Source of the DNA: an uncultured Hormoscilla sp.
GTDB taxonomy: Bacteria; Cyanobacteriota; Cyanobacteriia; Cyanobacteriales; Desertifilaceae
NCBI GenBank assembly: GCA_963921275.4
Contig: OZ001293.3
Coordinates: 4,064,001-4,128,000, forward strand
Length of the DNA: 64,000 nucleotides
Direction of reading: 5' to 3'
The notes beneath the pieces were generated by a model, which did no database searches, had not been told where the DNA came from, and worked only from the letters and a program-made list of their open reading frames with translations. The translations under genes and the position numbers were made by a program. Shown in pieces: positions 62,993 to 64,000 of the stretch (position 1 is the first letter of the stretch; each line of letters starts with the position of its first letter).

Positions 62993-64000
62993 ATGAGTTC
63001 ACCGCAAAATCAAAATAAGCCTCGGACAATCTTGGGAGCCATTACCCAAGCAGCACAGACGATGCCAGCTAAGGTGGTAAATTTTTCCCAACTGGCCCTC
63101 AAGCAAAAGGCGAGGGTGCCGAAACTGCTAGTACAGGAGGCGGATGGTTCCAAACCAGAAGTATATCCCCTACTGGGCGATCGCTTCTTGCTGGGAAGGA
63201 GTTCGAGCAATTGCGACATAGTAGTGCGAAACACGAATGTCAGCAAAATTCATCTGTCTTTGTCGCGGGACTCCAAGCAGGGCACCCCTTTTACAATCAA
63301 AGACGAAAGATCTACCAATGGCATCTATCGGGGTAAGCGGCGAATTAGCCAGCAGAAGCTGCGCCATGGCGACCAGTTTACTCTCGCACCACCAGAACTA
63401 AAGGATGCCGTCACAATTAAGTATCTGGATCCAGCACCCTGGTATATTCGGGGGGCGATATACACCGGTTACGGGATAGGGGGAGTCACAGCAATAGTGG
63501 TAGCGTTAATTCTCAACGAGTGGCGGAAATTCGACGTTAACCCACTACCAATCTCGGTGCAAGGACCGGTAATAGTCTATGCTCGGGACGGACAGACTCC
63601 CCTAGTACCGCCTCGGAATGACGCTCACAGAGAATTGCAGGAATTATCAGACTTTTCTTCCTACCTGCCAAAAGCGGTAGTAGCATCAGAGGATTCGCGC
63701 TACTACTGGCACCTCGGAGTCGATCCGATCGGGATTATCCGGGCCATAATAGTCAATTGGCGTGGGGGTGAAATCCGGGAAGGAGCGAGCACAGTGACGC
63801 AACAGTTAGCTCGCAGCTTGTTTAGAGACTATGTCGGCACGGAAGACAGCGCGGCCCGCAAGATTCGCGAAGCCCTAGTTGCCCTGAAGCTAGAATTCGT
63901 TTACTCGAAAAAGTATTTGATGCTGGCTTATTTGAACCGGGTATACATGGGCAGTGGCAACTATGGATTTGAAGATGCGGCCCAATTCTACTTCGACAAG
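62993..64000 (+). CDS. FHA-domain class A penicillin-binding protein (transglycosylase), runs off window
   Basis: MSSPQ...; FHA LGRSS..C...VSKIH...STNG; TM helix; SEDSRYYWH, GASTVTQQLAR, RKIREA, YLNRVYMG. Confidence 0.9.
   Translation, partial: MSSPQNQNKPRTILGAITQAAQTMPAKVVNFSQLALKQKARVPKLLVQEADGSKPEVYPLLGDRFLLGRSSSNCDIVVRNTNVSKIHLSLSRDSKQGTPFTIKDERSTNGIYRGKRRISQQKLRHGDQFTLAPPELKDAVTIKYLDPAPWYIRGAIYTGYGIGGVTAIVVALILNEWRKFDVNPLPISVQGPVIVYARDGQTPLVPPRNDAHRELQELSDFSSYLPKAVVASEDSRYYWHLGVDPIGIIRAIIVNWRGGEIREGASTVTQQLARSLFRDYVGTEDSAARKIREALVALKLEFVYSKKYLMLAYLNRVYMGSGNYGFEDAAQFYFDK

Noticed and set aside
1..64000. tRNA or rRNA genes
   Set aside because: No cloverleaf or rRNA-like sequence recognised by eye; tRNAscan-SE/Infernal would be decisive

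Overview
Cyanobacterial chromosome segment, judged from the abundant HIP1 GCGATCGC sites, ndhH, the rpoD type and the bioB-bioY-lspA-PBP1A order. It is probably a filamentous lineage undergoing heavy mobile-element invasion and pseudogenisation (inference). Housekeeping genes (rpoD, rsmH, ndhH, mfd, alpha-carbonic anhydrase, bioB, bioY, lspA, FHA-PBP1A) are interspersed with four kinds of accessory DNA. (i) A ~10.3 kb minus-strand oxidative biosynthetic cluster (7.9-18.2 kb): three Rieske oxygenases, a ferritin-like diiron protein, a CylC/AurF-like dimetal-carboxylate enzyme, ferredoxin, desaturase, LbH acyltransferase, GH3 ligase and a GNAT-like protein, with three apparent lesions. (ii) Six group II intron loci: two 2398-bp RT-HNH copies with identical ORFs in inverted orientation, plus four remnants, one of them ORF-less. 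(iii) IS5, ISKra4, IS982, IS1634, IS4 and IS110 elements and several MITEs with clear target-site duplications. (iv) Tandem arrays and very short mobile repeats, some inserted in frame into genes. The strongest signal not shown by the ORF track is an IS110/IS621-type bridge-RNA-like locus (36.27-36.47 kb, minus). Its predicted left target guide CGTGCCCCT exactly matches the flank of a second, orphan IS110 left end at 59.72 kb that sits in a REP-like palindrome. No rRNA, tRNA or CRISPR array was recognised.
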